Positions 22,606 through 37,048 of a stretch of DNA of 64,000 bases are shown in pieces (the first letter of the stretch is position 1; the number at the start of each line of letters is the position of its first letter). This stretch comes from Sphaerodactylus townsendi (lineage: Eukaryota). The translations under genes were made by a program, and so were the position numbers. The stretch is taken from the NCBI RefSeq assembly GCF_021028975.2, contig NC_059426.1:30752001-30816000 (forward strand). Reading direction: 5' to 3'. The notes below the pieces were generated by a model, which saw nothing but the letters and a program-made list of their open reading frames with translations, was not told the DNA's origin and ran no database searches.

Positions 22606-25125
22606 GTAAGCACAATATTTGATAAATAAAAGCCAGCACTCTCATTTTCCAGAAGTCTAAGTTCTTATACGTACACTCAAAAACATATTATTTACAACTA
22701 ACAATATAATTAAGAGTAACAATGTAATTTTTAAAAACAAAGAAAGAAACTGGCTCGGAGAAGGTTTGACTCCTTCCCCCGGGCATGTGAAGTCCAAGCT
22801 GCATCTTTGAGGGGACAGGATTTTCTTGCTTAAAAACTTGCTCTAGAAGTTTCTGTATCGATGCTCAGTGCAGGCATAAAGCCCGACAGCATGGATCACT
22901 GAGATCGCAAAGAAGTTATGCACTCAATGCTTTAGAGAATTAAGGACTATAGAATTTTTGCTGATTTAAACCTCAGTCTATCCAAACTCAACGTCGCCAG
23001 TACGTTCTGCTTGTCAAAGGCCGAAGTGTGTGCGAGTGTGTGATTTTCAGTTATTCCCTCTTCAGTGTAATCCCCCACACCCATAGTTCTGGAAGGTCTA
23101 CTGAGCCCAGGGAGATTATTTCAGGGAACACAGCAGGCTGCAAGAGCTTGCAGTAGATAGGAGTCACACCAGTAGCTTTAAGGGTTTGGTTTTAAATATA
23201 TTCAGTTGAAGATAGTGCGGAGTATTTGCTTAATGTCAGGCTGTAATCTGAGAGGTCTCTGTTCAGATCCTCACTGTGGAGTGAAATACACAGAGTGCGT
23301 TTAGGCCATTCTCAGTCCAACCTGCCTTACAGAGCTTTTGTGAGGATAAAAAAGGAGAAAAGCAATGTGTATGCTCGCCCTAAGCTTCTTGAAGGAAGGT
23401 AGGGTAAAATGTGCTAGATTGATAGTTCTGCTCAAATAAAATGTGCGTGTGTAAAGTACTGTCACGCTGCAGCTCACTAACAGCAACTCCATATAGTTTT
23501 CAAGGTAAGTAATTAAGCAGAGGGGTTTTGTCATTGCGTTCCTTGGTGGTCTACCATCCAAGAACTCACCCTTCTTAGCTTCTGAGATCTTGGGCTGTAC
23601 TATCCCATTCCACATCCTGAATAAAATACACTATCAATAAAAACGGTTAAAGCTGGAGTGTTAGTCATTGTCAGCTATATCAAACAATTAGCACTTTTTT
23701 GCCTGGTGTACGAGCTGTCCAAACAATGTCCCATGTATGTGCACTTTATGCAGGAGGGAAAGAGAGTGGCTTTTTTCTCCCTAGACCTGCCTTCTTCAGC
23801 TGCAGATACTCAAAGGAACCTGAGTGCAGAGGCATCCTTAGATATTTTTGCCCTTGAAAGAAAACATCAACGTAATGATCCTATGGTATAAATGAGGAGT
23901 TTGTTAAAAATGTATATAAAGAGGGAAATTGGAGCTAGGAAAGCCTGTGCACGCTGCTGCCCAGTGTAAGTCCTGTAGGGATGTAAATTGTCAGTCATTT
24001 AATCAATAAGGATTTTTCTACCATTTATGTACAGTATTTGTGTTAATGTTTAAACAGTTAGGCCAACTGGGGTCACTGTGAGTCAAGAAAGAAACAAAAG
24101 GATTCCCTCTCCTTATATCTGAGGTGGCTTTTGTTTAAAATAATAACATTTTAAATAGTTTAAACAGTTGCTTTTTGAAACAAAATGTCCATCCCTAATA
24201 GGAATCCCCGCCCATGCTGCAGACTGAGAAATTTGAGGACAAATTCAGGTGCTGAGGTGCTTAGTGTTTACCCTCTTGTTAGTTCTCAAAATAATGGAGA
24301 GCTAGTTCAAACAGCTAGGGGGTCAGCAAGGATCTTTGCATAGTGGATGAATAGACCTCTTCCTCCCTACTGCAAAACAAATAGTCTCAGATGTATCATG
24401 GGCATTCAATTCATGCAGCTGTATAGTGTGCTCATGTGATGTCTACACAGTTGGGTACTCTTGTGGAGCTCCTCTATCATGATTGACATTACTTACATTC
24501 AGGAAGGAGAGAGAAAAGCACTCCTCCATTGTGAGCTCTTCCATTGTGTGAGTCTCTTGATGGCTTACCATCAGTCTACATAACGAAGAATGAATTATTT
24601 TGAGCAAATGTCTTGAGTTCCAAACCTACCCAGCTGAGTTTCAGTCGAGTCTCTTCCTGTGTTATCTATATATCGCACCATTCAGAAACTCTTGGTATTT
24701 GGTACTCGTTAAAACTGGAACCACGCTTTGTTCTTATGTTGAGAGAGACACCCTTTCTTGATCAGAATAACAGGATGGCATTTTCCTTGTTGTTGCAAGA
24801 TAACTTAGATAATAACATGGCCTTCCACCTTGCACAGTTGCTTAGATCTCAAGGATGAGTCTGTGCTTCCAAGAATTGCCCTGCAGATGTAGGGTGGACT
24901 TTGTCAGAGAGTCCTAGGGCACCCTGATTCCCTCCTCCAGTAAAATGTTAGTGCCCATATATTGGCAAAGATAGGGGAGAGGGGTCACTGTTGAATAAAG
25001 CACCCTTCTTTTGATGGACATTGTGCAGCGGTTGTAACCTGTGGGGTGGTTTAATTTTCCAAGGCTTGCTTCAGACTTTCTTAAACCTCACAGAGGAATC
25101 ACTATACTATTGGTACTTTTTTCAG

Positions 25126-25318
25126 GGAAGTAGAGGAAAACAGAGAAAATATTGCCAAGTACCTGGCGGCACAGATGAAAAAGAAAATTGATGACGAAGA
25201 TGAGCGTATTGCTAGGAAAATTGCAGAGACCGAAGAGGAGCGTCAGAAAGAACTCTCAGAAAAAGAAGAAAAGAAAAAAACGGATTTGAGATTAATTGCA
25301 GAACACAGAATCGGTGTG
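25126..25318 (+). CDS. CFAP210: CFAP210 exon 7
   Basis: ttttcag|G EVEENRENIAKYL...IAEHRIGV|gtaaga. Confidence 0.92.
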
Positions 25319-25606
25319 GTAAGAAAGAATGCAAACACTTCTTTCTACCTTCTTTCATCTGTAGCTTTCTTACCAAATGATCATTCATAAACGGCTTCAA
25401 TTACAGTAAAATAATACTGTCATTCATAAGCAATTTGCTTGAAAGGCAGTTCCGTCAAACTCAGTAATCAGGACGGGAATGCTGAAGATATGTAAATAGT
25501 ATGGTTTAAAAAAAAAAGGTTCCCCTGTTCATTTTTACACAGGCATAGTATATTAATATTAAGGTTTCACAGCCTTATGATTTAAATTGGAGTGTGTTAT
25601 TTACAG

Positions 25607-25771
25607 ATGAAAGTGAAAGCGGAAAAAGAAAAACAGGAGAAACAAGAAGCTAAAGAGATGCTTCGTAAAATGATTGAAGCGGATCGGGTCTACCAGGAAT
25701 TGGAGAAAGACAAGAAACACAGAAATCATTGCGCAAACTTAAAACTGCAAGAAACCCATGTCATGCAAATT
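25607..25771 (+). CDS. CFAP210: CFAP210 exon 8
   Basis: ttacag|MKVKAEKEKQEK...ETHVMQI|gtaagt. Confidence 0.92.
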
Positions 25772-26752
25772 GTAAGTATTTATTTGTAAAATTTATATTC
25801 TGTTTCTCAAGATCTGCTTGAAGTGACCTTACGAAACAAAGCAGAGTCCAGAAAGCAGTCGTGCTAACCAAAATCAATAAAACAATCCAAATCAATCAAA
25901 CCCATGAAAATAAAAGCTCATAAGACGGGGCTGTCTAAAATGATATTGATACAACAGGCTGTAGGCTAGGGGCAGACCATGAAACATCTTAAAAAAATAG
26001 AACCTCTTAATTAGAAGCCTGGGCAAAGAGAAATGTTTTGGCTTGGAGCCTAGAGGAAAGCAGATGCAAAGCAAGCCATATGGGGGAGGGAATTCCAAAG
26101 GCAAGACACCACCATGGGGAAAAAAAACGCTGTCTCTGATCACCACCTCTCAAGTGGGGACAAAGAAAGAAGGGCTTGAGAAGAAGATGTGAGCTAACAG
26201 GCTGGACAATGGGAGGATGGCAAAACATGGCCATGATGGAGGTTGTTAAGTGTTTCACAAGAAGGGGACATAACCTGTACATTTCTTTTCAGGTCAGGGA
26301 AGGCATTCTGCAAGTCAGAAAACCATACATCTTTTGTCATTGCTTCTATGCCTATACATTTAGTATAGGTATACATTTAGCCTTCATTCATTCATAACAT
26401 CTTTATGGAGAATTAACATGATGGCTTTATCAAAAAATCCCAGTGTCTTCTGTCCTGTTCCTCCCCACCCCCACCCCCCACCCAATTTAACAGACATGAT
26501 TTGTAATTTCATTTTAAATTCAAATACAATTGCAGTGTCGGCCTTCTGTTATGGTCTGGCAAAGTGCTATTAAGATGTGCCAGGACTGGCAGTCTTTTAA
26601 ATGTGGTTCTGTCTGCTTTTCTGTCCGGTGGAAGCTACAACATGCCTGGGAATCTTTAATCTGTTGTTCAGTGGTCGAGCATCTGCTGGGCAAGCAGAAG
26701 GTTTAATCCCAGGTTCAATCCCTGGTGTCTCCAGGGGGCAGGGGATGTAATA

Positions 26753-26988
26753 ATAAGAGTTTGGATTTATATCCCTTTTTCTCCTGCAAGGAGATTCAAA
26801 GGGGCTCACAATCCCCTTTCCCTCCCCCCCCCCCACAACAAACACCCTGCGAGGTGGGTGGGGCTGAGAGGGTTCCAAAGAACTATGACTAGCCCAAAGT
26901 CTCTCAACTGGCATGTGTTGAGTGCACAAGCTAATCTGGTTCTCCAGATAAGCCTCCACAACTCCAGTGGCAGAGCGGGGAATCAAAC
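26753..26988 (-). mobile_element. Squam3-like SINE copy (5' truncated)
   Basis: Similar to 12068-12360. Confidence 0.8.
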
Positions 26989-28561
26989 CTGTCAATAAAA
27001 TCCTTGAAAACTTGCAAGTGGTTTGTTGTCTGATCGGTGAACTGACAGATTCAGTGCGAGGCAACATCACGTTCGTTTGGGGGCAGGAGTGGAGTTGGTG
27101 TGGAAATACTGCTTTTTTCTTTGCAGCTGAAACAATTTTTTTCCCCTAAAGGAGCAATAGTTTTTGATGCAAAGAGAAATGCTACCCTATACAGGAACTG
27201 ATATTGACTGTCACAAACCCCAGATTATGAAAAGGGATCTTAAGTAACTGCTTGCCTCTCTCCTGGTCTTCTTCCCATCCTGGGTACTTTTCATGTCAAG
27301 AATCTGGGGGATGGGGGTCCCCTAATGTCCTGTTGCTTGCCCCAGGTTTCTTAATGGGTAAATAACTGACATCCATGATGTAATCCTTTCTAACCGTGTT
27401 GATCTGGCGTGTGGATCGATGGGACCCACTAGGCTGTAAAAGGCAGGGTGGGTCCACCAGGGATCTCAGTGCAGTTGAGACAAAACCTGGTGGACAAGGA
27501 ATTGGGGTTGCCATTTCCTTATTGAGCTACTATATCACTTACTCTTGAGTAGCAACTGTGGCTCAATGGGACAGGCCATGTTTTGCATGTAAGAGATGGC
27601 AGGTTCAATCCCCAATGGCTCCAGTTTATCTCTGTCAGCATGATTGGGCAAGGTCTTCCTCTGCTTCAGACCTTGAAAGGTGCTGTTGCTCAGAACAAAC
27701 AACACTGAGCTCAGGTAGTTTCCTGTGTCTTCTCTGCCAGTCTTCCAGTGATGGACATGTGTACCTTCCATTGGCCTTATCATACACAAGTTAGGTATTC
27801 TGCTAGTGTACTGCCCCTCTTCCCACTGCCCTTTAGACTCTCAACCTGAGCTGGCCAAATCAATCTCAGTGATGGATGTAGGTTTTTTGGGGGGAATCTT
27901 CACCAGCCTTTGGGACTATTCAAGGATTTCATGGCTGTCTTCACAATTGTGGGCTTGCCCCATGTGACCATTCTTCTTTCTTCTGCCACTGTGCACACAT
28001 GGTGCAGGACCTCAGGGAAAGATCTGAGGCCACGGTACATAAGGAGAGAGGTGATCAGTCTGAAACCTTGATCCTAATGGGCTTTAGAGTTCATCACCAG
28101 CAGCATTTTGCATTGTGACTGGAAACAAACTACTAGCCAGTGGCTCTGACTGACTACTGAATTCATTGTTTTCCACAGCAGATCCGTGTTAGAACTCCAT
28201 TGGCCACATTTTGGCCCTGTTGTAGTCCCTAGTCACCTTCTGAATTAATTAATCCGGTAAAGCAGGTCTTTTATCTTTGTAGATTCAAGTCCAGTAGAAT
28301 TGTAGAGACCAACAAGATTTTCAGAGTATGAGCTTTTGACAGTCAAAGCTCCCTTCATTTTGACTCTTGAAACTTCCCATCCCAAAAATCTGGTCGGTCT
28401 CTAATTACTAGGCTCAAATCTAACTGTTCAGCAGCAAGCCAACACGGCTGCCCCCTGAAACTAACAACTTCATCGTTTCAGTTCAGGTACATGATAAAAT
28501 GATCTCTGTCTACAATTAAGAGTCTCTCCCCCCCACCCCCATCCCCTTTCTTTCAATGCAG

Positions 28562-28897
28562 GCTGGAAGACTAGCAAAAGAAAAGCGTGAGAAGCAAGAA
28601 GAAACAGACTATGCTAAACAGAGAGAATATCTTGCACAATATAAGGAACAGGAATTCCAGGTGTATGCAAAGAAAGTGATTGATGAAGAATCTAAAACAG
28701 CCCGGAATCTTTACCCTCTTTTGAAAGTAGTGCAGGAAGGCAGTGGTTATGGGACACTTTATAGGGAAAGGGAAGAAGTAAAATCTCGTGATCAGAATAC
28801 TCAACTACCTTATATTGGTAACACAGCCCAAGAAATGAAGCTTCTAAATGAACAACACTTCGAGGCTTCTAAGGGACGGCTAGGTTTTACATGGTAA
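28562..28897 (+). CDS. CFAP210: CFAP210 exon 9 (terminal); whole protein is a 569-aa coiled-coil axonemal protein
   Basis: caatgcag|AGRLAKEK...YPLLKVVQEG...SKGRLGFTW*. The C-terminal RLGFTW matches CCDC173. Exon lengths sum to 1710 nt. Confidence 0.94.
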   Translation, partial: AGRLAKEKREKQEETDYAKQREYLAQYKEQEFQVYAKKVIDEESKTARNLYPLLKVVQEGSGYGTLYREREEVKSRDQNTQLPYIGNTAQEMKLLNEQHFEASKGRLGFTW

Positions 28898-28991
28898 TTT
28901 AAACAATCCTTAAGAATGTATTGCAGTTTAAAATGGCCAGAATTGCAAAACATGCTGTATAAAAAATTGCAGATTTAAAATTAATATCTTG

Positions 28992-28997
28992 AATAAA
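28992..28997 (+). terminator. AATAAA polyadenylation signal of CFAP210
   Basis: About 95 nt after the stop codon. Confidence 0.65.
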
Positions 28998-29349
28998 CTG
29001 TGCACCTCTCAAAATATATATGTGTAGAATCTGTAGACAGTCAATCGTACTAGTTCAGACTAATAATTAGATTCATTGAATAATGTGTAGCGTTTATGAA
29101 ATAGGTAAAAATATTGCCTTATTTGTCAGAAGATTTGAAAAACAGAAGCTCAGCTCTGATCTTTCTTCAAAAAAGCCACACATGAAACACAAGACTGTAG
29201 AACTCCCCAGTGCAGCTTCAAATTCCTCGGGATCCGTGACCCCTTTACAGACGGGGGCGGGGGGGGGGGGGGGGCAGAAGTCTGAAGTGGAAGTAGGGCA
29301 TTTGTGAAAATTGTTCCAGCACCTTTGCAACTCAAGCGCTGTTCTAGGG

Positions 29350-29807
29350 CAGTGATGGCGAACCTTTTTGAGACCCAAATTGCAACCCAAACCCCACTTA
29401 TTTATCGCAAAGTGCCAACCCAGCAATTTAACCTGAATGCTGAGGTTTTAGTTTAGAGAAAACTGGTTGGCTCCCTCTTCCTCCACCCCACCCGCTTGAG
29501 CAGGGGCCAGCCTGCTCTAGCCATCAAGTCCTGCGTGCACCGCTGTGCCTCTCTAGCATCTCTGCCTCCTCTGTGCCCCCCCCCCTCAGGCAGCAGCCAC
29601 CCGGAGCACAGGCATCAGGCCTCCAAGCCAAGTCCTCCCTCCTTACCGCGGTGCACGCACGTCATGCTCAGTGGCCCAGGCCAGCCTAGATGTGTGTGTG
29701 GGGGGGTGAGTTTTCACCCCCCACATGACAAACTTTGTGTGTGCGTGCCCACAGAGAGGGCTCTGAGTGCCACCTCTGGCACCCGTGCCATAGGTTCTCC
29801 ATCACTG
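29350..29807. mobile_element. Non-autonomous hAT (Charlie-like) element
   Basis: TIRs cagtgatggcgaacct / aggttctccatcactg. 8-bp TSD ttctaggg on both sides. Confidence 0.88.
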
Positions 29808-31157
29808 TTCTAGGGGCTTACAACAGCATTGTGTGGGAGTTAAAAGTACTGGATAAAGTCCTAGGAGACCCAGCTTTTATTCTCTTTTCTACATGGAAGC
29901 TTACTGGGTGACTTGGGGCCAGTTACTTCTACTGTCTAACCGCTCGTACAGGGTTGTTGTGAGGCTGAACTAAGTCAAGTAGTATTTATTGTTTGAGCCA
30001 TTGGCTATAACATCCAAAAATACAGTTAAATTGAGGCTGAAGTAGAGGAAAGGGAGGACAGGCATATTCATTTTTTGCTACAGTCCTCCCTCCTTTTGCT
30101 ACAGGCATATTCATTTTTTAAAACAGATTGTGGGGAAGGTAACAATGTTTTCCTCCTACTTTGACAAAGTGTAACATGAAGGCCGATTATAGTTTTCTTT
30201 GTATGTCATTTAAATATACTTTAGTGGCTCTTGCTGGTCTCAGCTCTCTGAAAGCAAGTACAGTCCTTGTCAGAATCAAAGTTGCCTTCATTCAGAAAGT
30301 TTAGTCAGAACGATCAGGCCCCCTAAAGTATGAGCTTTAGGGAAAGCATAGACTTAAGTAAACTCTGAACAACCATGGGTGTGGGATCTTCCTAACAGAC
30401 TGTTCACCAGTGCTTTACATTCAACCAACTTTCGTACTGAAATCAAGCAGTACACCTTGGACTCCTGAAAGGAAATGTGTTATAAAAATCTAGAGAGAAG
30501 CTTCCTAATGAACCAGATTTCAAAAAGACCATACCGTGCATGCACTAACTTTGTCTCCTCTTAAAGCAAGTTTCATGACAACTTCCTCAAATGCTTCTTA
30601 AAACCTCACATTTTTAAACAGCAATAGTACCGGGGTAGAAGTGCTAATATGGAAGACTTCAGAAAAATGGAACATGCTTGGCTGTTACAAATACTCCTCT
30701 AGATCATGTCTTCTATTTTCTCCTTATAATAGCAATCATTAATTTTAAACAGACACAGTGTGATACGTTATGGATTTATCACAAACCTGCAACAAGCTCT
30801 TTTTGCAAAAAGTCTCCTTTAAACACATTGAGAAGATACTTTTTAATTTCTTTGAACTAATTCTCATCATTGAATTTTCTGATCTGACTGGAAACTCCTG
30901 AAAATTGACCCTTATTTTTCTGTGACTGTTGGAACTTAAGACAGCTTTGTGAAACTCAAATGTGTTTATTTTTGCCTCACTACTAATAAAAACCCTAATA
31001 AAAGATAACAACAAAGCTCCACTGATTGAGAATACCACAACAAATAAACTGCTGTTGTGGTACCCTAATCCAAAAGTCAACAAACGCAGGAAACCTTTAG
31101 AGTCCTGTTAGAAGAATTGGAGAGTACATTGGTAATCTTCTAGGTGGCGTTCAGTGA

Positions 31158-31347
31158 TGAAAAGTGCCATCGAGTTGTAGCCAGCTTATGGTAACCCAGT
31201 AGTTTTTTCAAGGCAAAAGACAGGTGGGGTTTGCATAGAAACCCTGGAGTTCCTTGGTGGTCACCCATCCAAGTATTAACCAAGGCTGACTTGAATTGGC
31301 TTCTAAGACTTGACAAGATTAGGCTAGTCTGGGCATCTAAATCAGGG
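31158..31347 (-). mobile_element. 5S rRNA-headed SINE copy
   Basis: Reverse-complement similarity to 21157-21367. Confidence 0.7.
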
Positions 31348-34300
31348 TAAGTGGTATTTACCCAGTAATAATATATGCAGCAGTCTTAAGGACTGATTCC
31401 AATACTTAGCCTAGAAGTTGGTTGCAGAAGAGAAGTATCTGACATTGACCATAAGTAATGTCTGAGCCATCCTTCTGTAGAAGAGATGAAAGGGTCTAAG
31501 AAATTCCACCCCTGTTGAGCAGCAGGTGGCACGTGTCAAGTTTAAAAGGTTAATCGAACTGCACACGTTTCAGGCCTGCCCCCGCACCTCAGCACTAAGC
31601 AAAAACCTTTGAACCACCTCTAAAATGTTCGCCTTAGCTTTAAAAATATCAGCAAGAAACATGCAGACGTAACAGAATAGGAACACACCACTTAGCATCT
31701 CAAAATACTTTTAATAAGTTGCAAATTTAATACCAAGCACTCAACATTTACCTGTGTCCTTTTCCCAGCTGAACATTACAGACTACAAAAACATTTAAAA
31801 CAGTGAGTTTCCAACGCCCTTCAGACAATGTCTAGAGAGCTTTACTGTGACCCAGAAAACTCCCATTATAACCGATTAGTAACCATCCCAAGCAAGGTTG
31901 CTTATCACCACAGAGCTGACAAGGCATTACTTGCAATCGTTCAGCTACTACAGATTAATTACAGTTTTAAAAAAATACATAAGAACACATCAAAATTAGC
32001 ACATTTACTTTTCTATACAACTTTACAGAAGAATATGCAAAAGGTGGGGATATATGCTAGCAGAAAATCATCGCAAGGTCTTCTACAAACATGCTCTGCA
32101 TGTTGCAAGATTTTAAACCAAGTAATCTGTCAACTATTGCATTGTACTGGTGCAAAAACTTTTAGGCTGGTATGTTCTGTATCTCAGGATATAGACACTC
32201 AGACCCCATGTCTAAAGGTCCAATTCTGCAATCTCCATTTGGGTCAATACCTCTTCCCTTTCGGTGTAGAAATAAATGGTTTGGAAGAGAAGATGCAATG
32301 ACTTGATCAATTTAACAGTTGCTGGAAGTCTGCTTTTAATATCTCAAAAGGAACAAAACCAGAACAGATTAATCTGGATATAGTTTGACTTTCAACTAAT
32401 GAGAAGAATTATTCTTTGTTGTTGAAGAGACACTCAAAGGTTACTTTGTTTTCGCTGTGATTTCTTAATTGGGAGAGGATCGGGGAATAAGACACTGAAT
32501 CATATATCAAATTCTCTTTCCTCCACCTCCCCGCCCCAGTTCAGGCTAGCAGTAATACTGACATAGAACATACTAATTTTTTAGTTTTATGCACAACACT
32601 AGATGACCTAAATTATTTTAGAGAAGTACAATCTCAATTATGTAAAATGCAGTGTGTAAAGTTTCTACAATAACTGTGGACAAATGAAATATTGTACTGA
32701 ATCCAGAGAGTGAACCAACATGAACCACTACTGTTTCAACCCATATGAACAGGGTTGTGCCAGCTGACCCTATCTGGCACTTGCCAGATGTTTGAATAAG
32801 GAGACTACATCCACAGAGCTCAAAAGCAGACATCAACATACACCTCACTTGTGTGAACAGATTGTATGGCTTGAGCCTGTACACTAAACTACGCGTGCAG
32901 ACCCCCACGAGCGTGTGAAGCTCAATGCACAGCTATTGGGGCAGCCCGACCCCAGAAACTAAATTAAGCCACAACCCCCATCCATCATCACAAGTACAAA
33001 CTGAATATGTACACAGGTAGTGTGAACGTTTAAATATCTGCATCATAATGTTTTTGGAAATTGGGGAAGAATGTCCTGAAAAAAACAAATTTTCACATGC
33101 AAAGAACAAGAACAAACCTTCCTGTACATTTCAAAAGAATGCTGCATGGAATAATATAGATATTGGATCAAAATATAGTACATTTGTTAAAAGTTCTACA
33201 TCACAGGTACTTCAGTTATTTGTAACAAGCGTACTTTTTCTATCAAAAATAATGGCACTTCAGCAGTATACACTTCTATTAGTTTAGGGATTAATTAGTG
33301 AAAAGTGCGAACACACTTTAATTTCTGTGTTAAGAATCTTTTTTGAAGCATTCTTTAATATTGTCCTTTATGACAATTGTACCCAAGGCCTAATGGATCA
33401 ACACTGCAAGAGACTGAAAATATAGTAGCTCCCTACTCCCGGAATTAGGTTGTTTGGGTCTCAGCATCAATGCCACAACTTCCAATGCTATTTACTGTAA
33501 AGATGAACACTTGGGTTCCATGTGACACAGCTAAAACTCCAAGCAGCACAGGCACATCAACAAACATGCATGTGTGGCCAGGGATTGCAAGGACTGGTGA
33601 AGTCATCTCAGATCCCTTGTACTTGTGCGGTAAAGGTCTTTTTACCCAAGGTAAATAATGTGGAACAATGTGGCTCTCCCCCATCTGCTATCACCTTCAG
33701 TCCACAGCAACACAATCTTCTTTTCTGAACCAGTACAGCTAAAATTGTCCGTCAAGATCAAACGAAGACTCTGCTGGTATCCAATCATTCGTTTGCATAG
33801 TGTCAACTAGAAAACATTTACAGGATTATGGTCTGGATCCAGAGAGCTATGCATAGAGCAAAGTTGGCAGAATATATCCTTAACATTTGCTGTTTCTAAG
33901 GGACATCGGTGGCTTTTCCAGATACATGTTTCATCCTTTACGTTCTGTCCTTTATGTCATTTATCTTATGCTGGTCTAGAACCATAACAAAGATTTGATT
34001 GATGGTGCTGCAGAGGAAAGGGGGAAAATCAGCAGAAACACGTTTATCAAATGGCATTTTGTTTGTGGTTCTCCGGATCCAAGCCAATATATTGATGGGC
34101 ATTTGCACAAAAAGCCAAAGAATAAGTATGCAGTATGTACCAACAGAAAGTACAAATCAGTCTTCTAAGGATGGATTTCAATTTTAACATGGGCATCAAT
34201 ATTATCAAAGATCCAATTTAATATCACAGCACATAATACAAAAAAGACCACTGTAGTCAGCCTTCAGCCAGACTTAAACAACATACAATCCCAGTAGTTA

Positions 34301-36357
34301 ATGTGCTGGGAACTATAAAGGTATAGAGTTAGAATGGAGAAGTTCTCCATCCACTTGAGTCTGGGTACATCAGTTTGGTTAGGTATAAAATTTGATGTAA
34401 CAACATGGGAAAAACTGTAGTTGCTCTTGACATATCATAACGATCTGTACGGATTAGGTCAGAGTTATTTATAATATCTGTATATACATTTTAAAACAAT
34501 TTCCCAGGTGGAAATACATCATGTACTCTGGTTCCTTATTTCCTTTAGTAGATAAAAATGGCCCAGTGTAAATAAGAGTTACACCACTTTAACTCCATTG
34601 AAGTCAATGGGATTAAAAGGCTGCCACTGTTCAGGTTTTCACAACACCATCTCCTTTAGTGACATTTTGGTGGTGAGGTCACCAGATATTAGCCCAATTC
34701 CAAATGCTTCTCAAAATGTCACTGTGGACTGGCTGGATAGAATCATCTCAGCCTCGGTATACCTTAAAATGATTGTGTGGCACAAACACCGCAGGCAACA
34801 TAATATGGGGATCATGAAAATTAACAATAGAAATTTTGTACCACAGCAAAGAAAAAGCAATGCTGCACATGTAAATCCTGGGTAGCCTAAATTTTTAATT
34901 TCTCACATACTAAACAAGATGATGGAATAATAGTTTCTTTTCAAAGTCTAACAGCAGATGGGAATATTTTAGTTTACAGATTCTATATTTGTATATTTGA
35001 TGAGAAATCAAATATACACTTCCATAATCTTACTGCACGGTATTTAAATTGTATTACGTGATTGTCTCTTATCCACAGTTTCCCTGTACTGGAAAAGTAA
35101 TCTCAAAGTCCTTACACCTTTGAGCTCAATTACACGGCATTAAAGTAACTTCCAGTTAAATGGCACAAGTTAATAAGTCATGAGACTACAACTAGAGCCA
35201 GGCATGGGGTCACCTGGCCCCACCTTCTAGGAGCACTCCCGCCCCCCGCCAGCCTGCATATCCTGCTGCTTCTCTGAGTGGTGGCAATAGAAAAAAATTT
35301 TAAATTCCTGAAGAGGCCTGACATCACTTCTGGATTCACACCACTGGCCAAACGCCCCCCTTATGTCTCCCCCACTCCAGTCTCCCAATGGTTACCAGAC
35401 CAGGCAGCCCAAGTCAGGCTGCAAATGGCCATCAACTACAATTAAACATCAAGTTCGTACATTTCTTAAGACTATGGTTATGCCTGGTTCTAGCAACACC
35501 CCTGAACAATGCCTTCTTTTTGCCGTTTTAATTTGGTCAGATTACAAAGGGAGTACAATCTCAATCCTACCCATATTTATTTCAAAGTAACTCCTACAGA
35601 GTTCAGTGCAGTTTTTCCTCCCAAATAACTGAATAGGACTGGATCCGATACCACAGGTTATAACATCTAGAAAGCTAAGGTGATTCTCATCAATAGGAAG
35701 AGCCCATTTTATGAGACTATTATCTCCCCAGATGAGAAATACCAGTAGAATCTTTACTCCACATAAGAATACTAAAATATAAGTTCTACAGTAACAGTTT
35801 TGTTGGAAAACAGTTACTGAAAATACTTAGCAAATGAAGGTACCAAATGTTACTATTTTTCTGACACAGAATCACTTGGCAGGCTTTAGTTTTGTACGTG
35901 CGAGAAGGGTGGGGGATGATGTCATATAAAACTATACAGAACTGTAAGCAGACAGCCAAAATGACTTCATACAAGTTTTCCTTAAAATAAGCCTGAAAAC
36001 AAAGCAGATTCAATCCAAGTTTTGTCTACTGATTTGCAAAAGAAGTTTTTTCCCAAAAGACCCCCCTTACAACAACTCTTCCATTGTTCATCAGACAGTG
36101 TTCATTTTATGATCACAGAAACACTGGGTTTCATCCAAAGTTATTGCCCCATGAAGAGCTCCAATCCCTCCTTTCCACTACAGACCTCCCAACACCACCA
36201 TTCCCAGGGTCCCTCAACTCTCAGGATGAGCTTTGTGGATAACCCTGGAGGAAGAAGCAAGTTCACTTCCACTGCTAGAAATCCACTCATTCTTTGGAAC
36301 CAAGATCAGGCATATTTACAAGTAACATTCATGACAATTCCATTTCAGATTTTCTTT

Positions 36358-36620
36358 AAGAAGAAGATTTATATCCCCCCTTTCTCTCCTGCAAGGAGAC
36401 TCAAAGGGGCTTACAAGTTCCTTTCCCTTCCTCTCCCCACAACAAACACCCTGTGAGGTAGGTGGGGCTGAGAGAGCTCAGAAGAACTGTGACTAGCCCA
36501 AGGTCACCCAGCTGGCGTGTGTTGGAGTGCACAGGCTAATCTGAATTCCCCAGGTAAGCCTCCATAGCTCAGGCAGCAGAGCAGGGAATCAAACCCAGTT
36601 CTTCCAGATTAGACTACACC
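36358..36620 (-). mobile_element. Squam3-like SINE copy
   Basis: Similar to 12068-12360. Confidence 0.82.
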
Positions 36621-37048
36621 TAATTAGACACATTGATGGAGAATTGGTCCCTTGGTAGCTAGCCACAGTGACTAAAAGAAACCTCTGAATATCAGTGCCA
36701 GGAGGCAACATCTGGAAAAGGTCTTAGTCTGTATGCCATGTTGTTGGCCTCCCAGTGTAGCTGGCTGGCCACTGTGTGAGAAAGGACATTGGGTTATCTA
36801 GCTGTAGTGAGATCCAAATGGGAAAGACAAAAGCTTTGTCTATTAGCAACCTTTACTTTCCTTGCTTCCCAGACTCATCTTCTAGACGCAGGCAGGATGC
36901 CAATATCGGAAAGCAGGCCGGGCAGACCATGGGACACCACTGGGCCATCCTCATCTGCATAAATGTGAAATATATAAGGACATTAAATGTTTATGTTCCC
37001 ATCTTGCTTGTCTGTGGGATCAAAGACATGTAATGGATAAAACGGCAG

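Noticed and set aside
27555-27630. tRNA-Ala-like sequence (also about 26660-26735)
   Set aside because: A and B boxes are degenerate and no complete cloverleaf forms, so it is a tRNA-derived SINE head.
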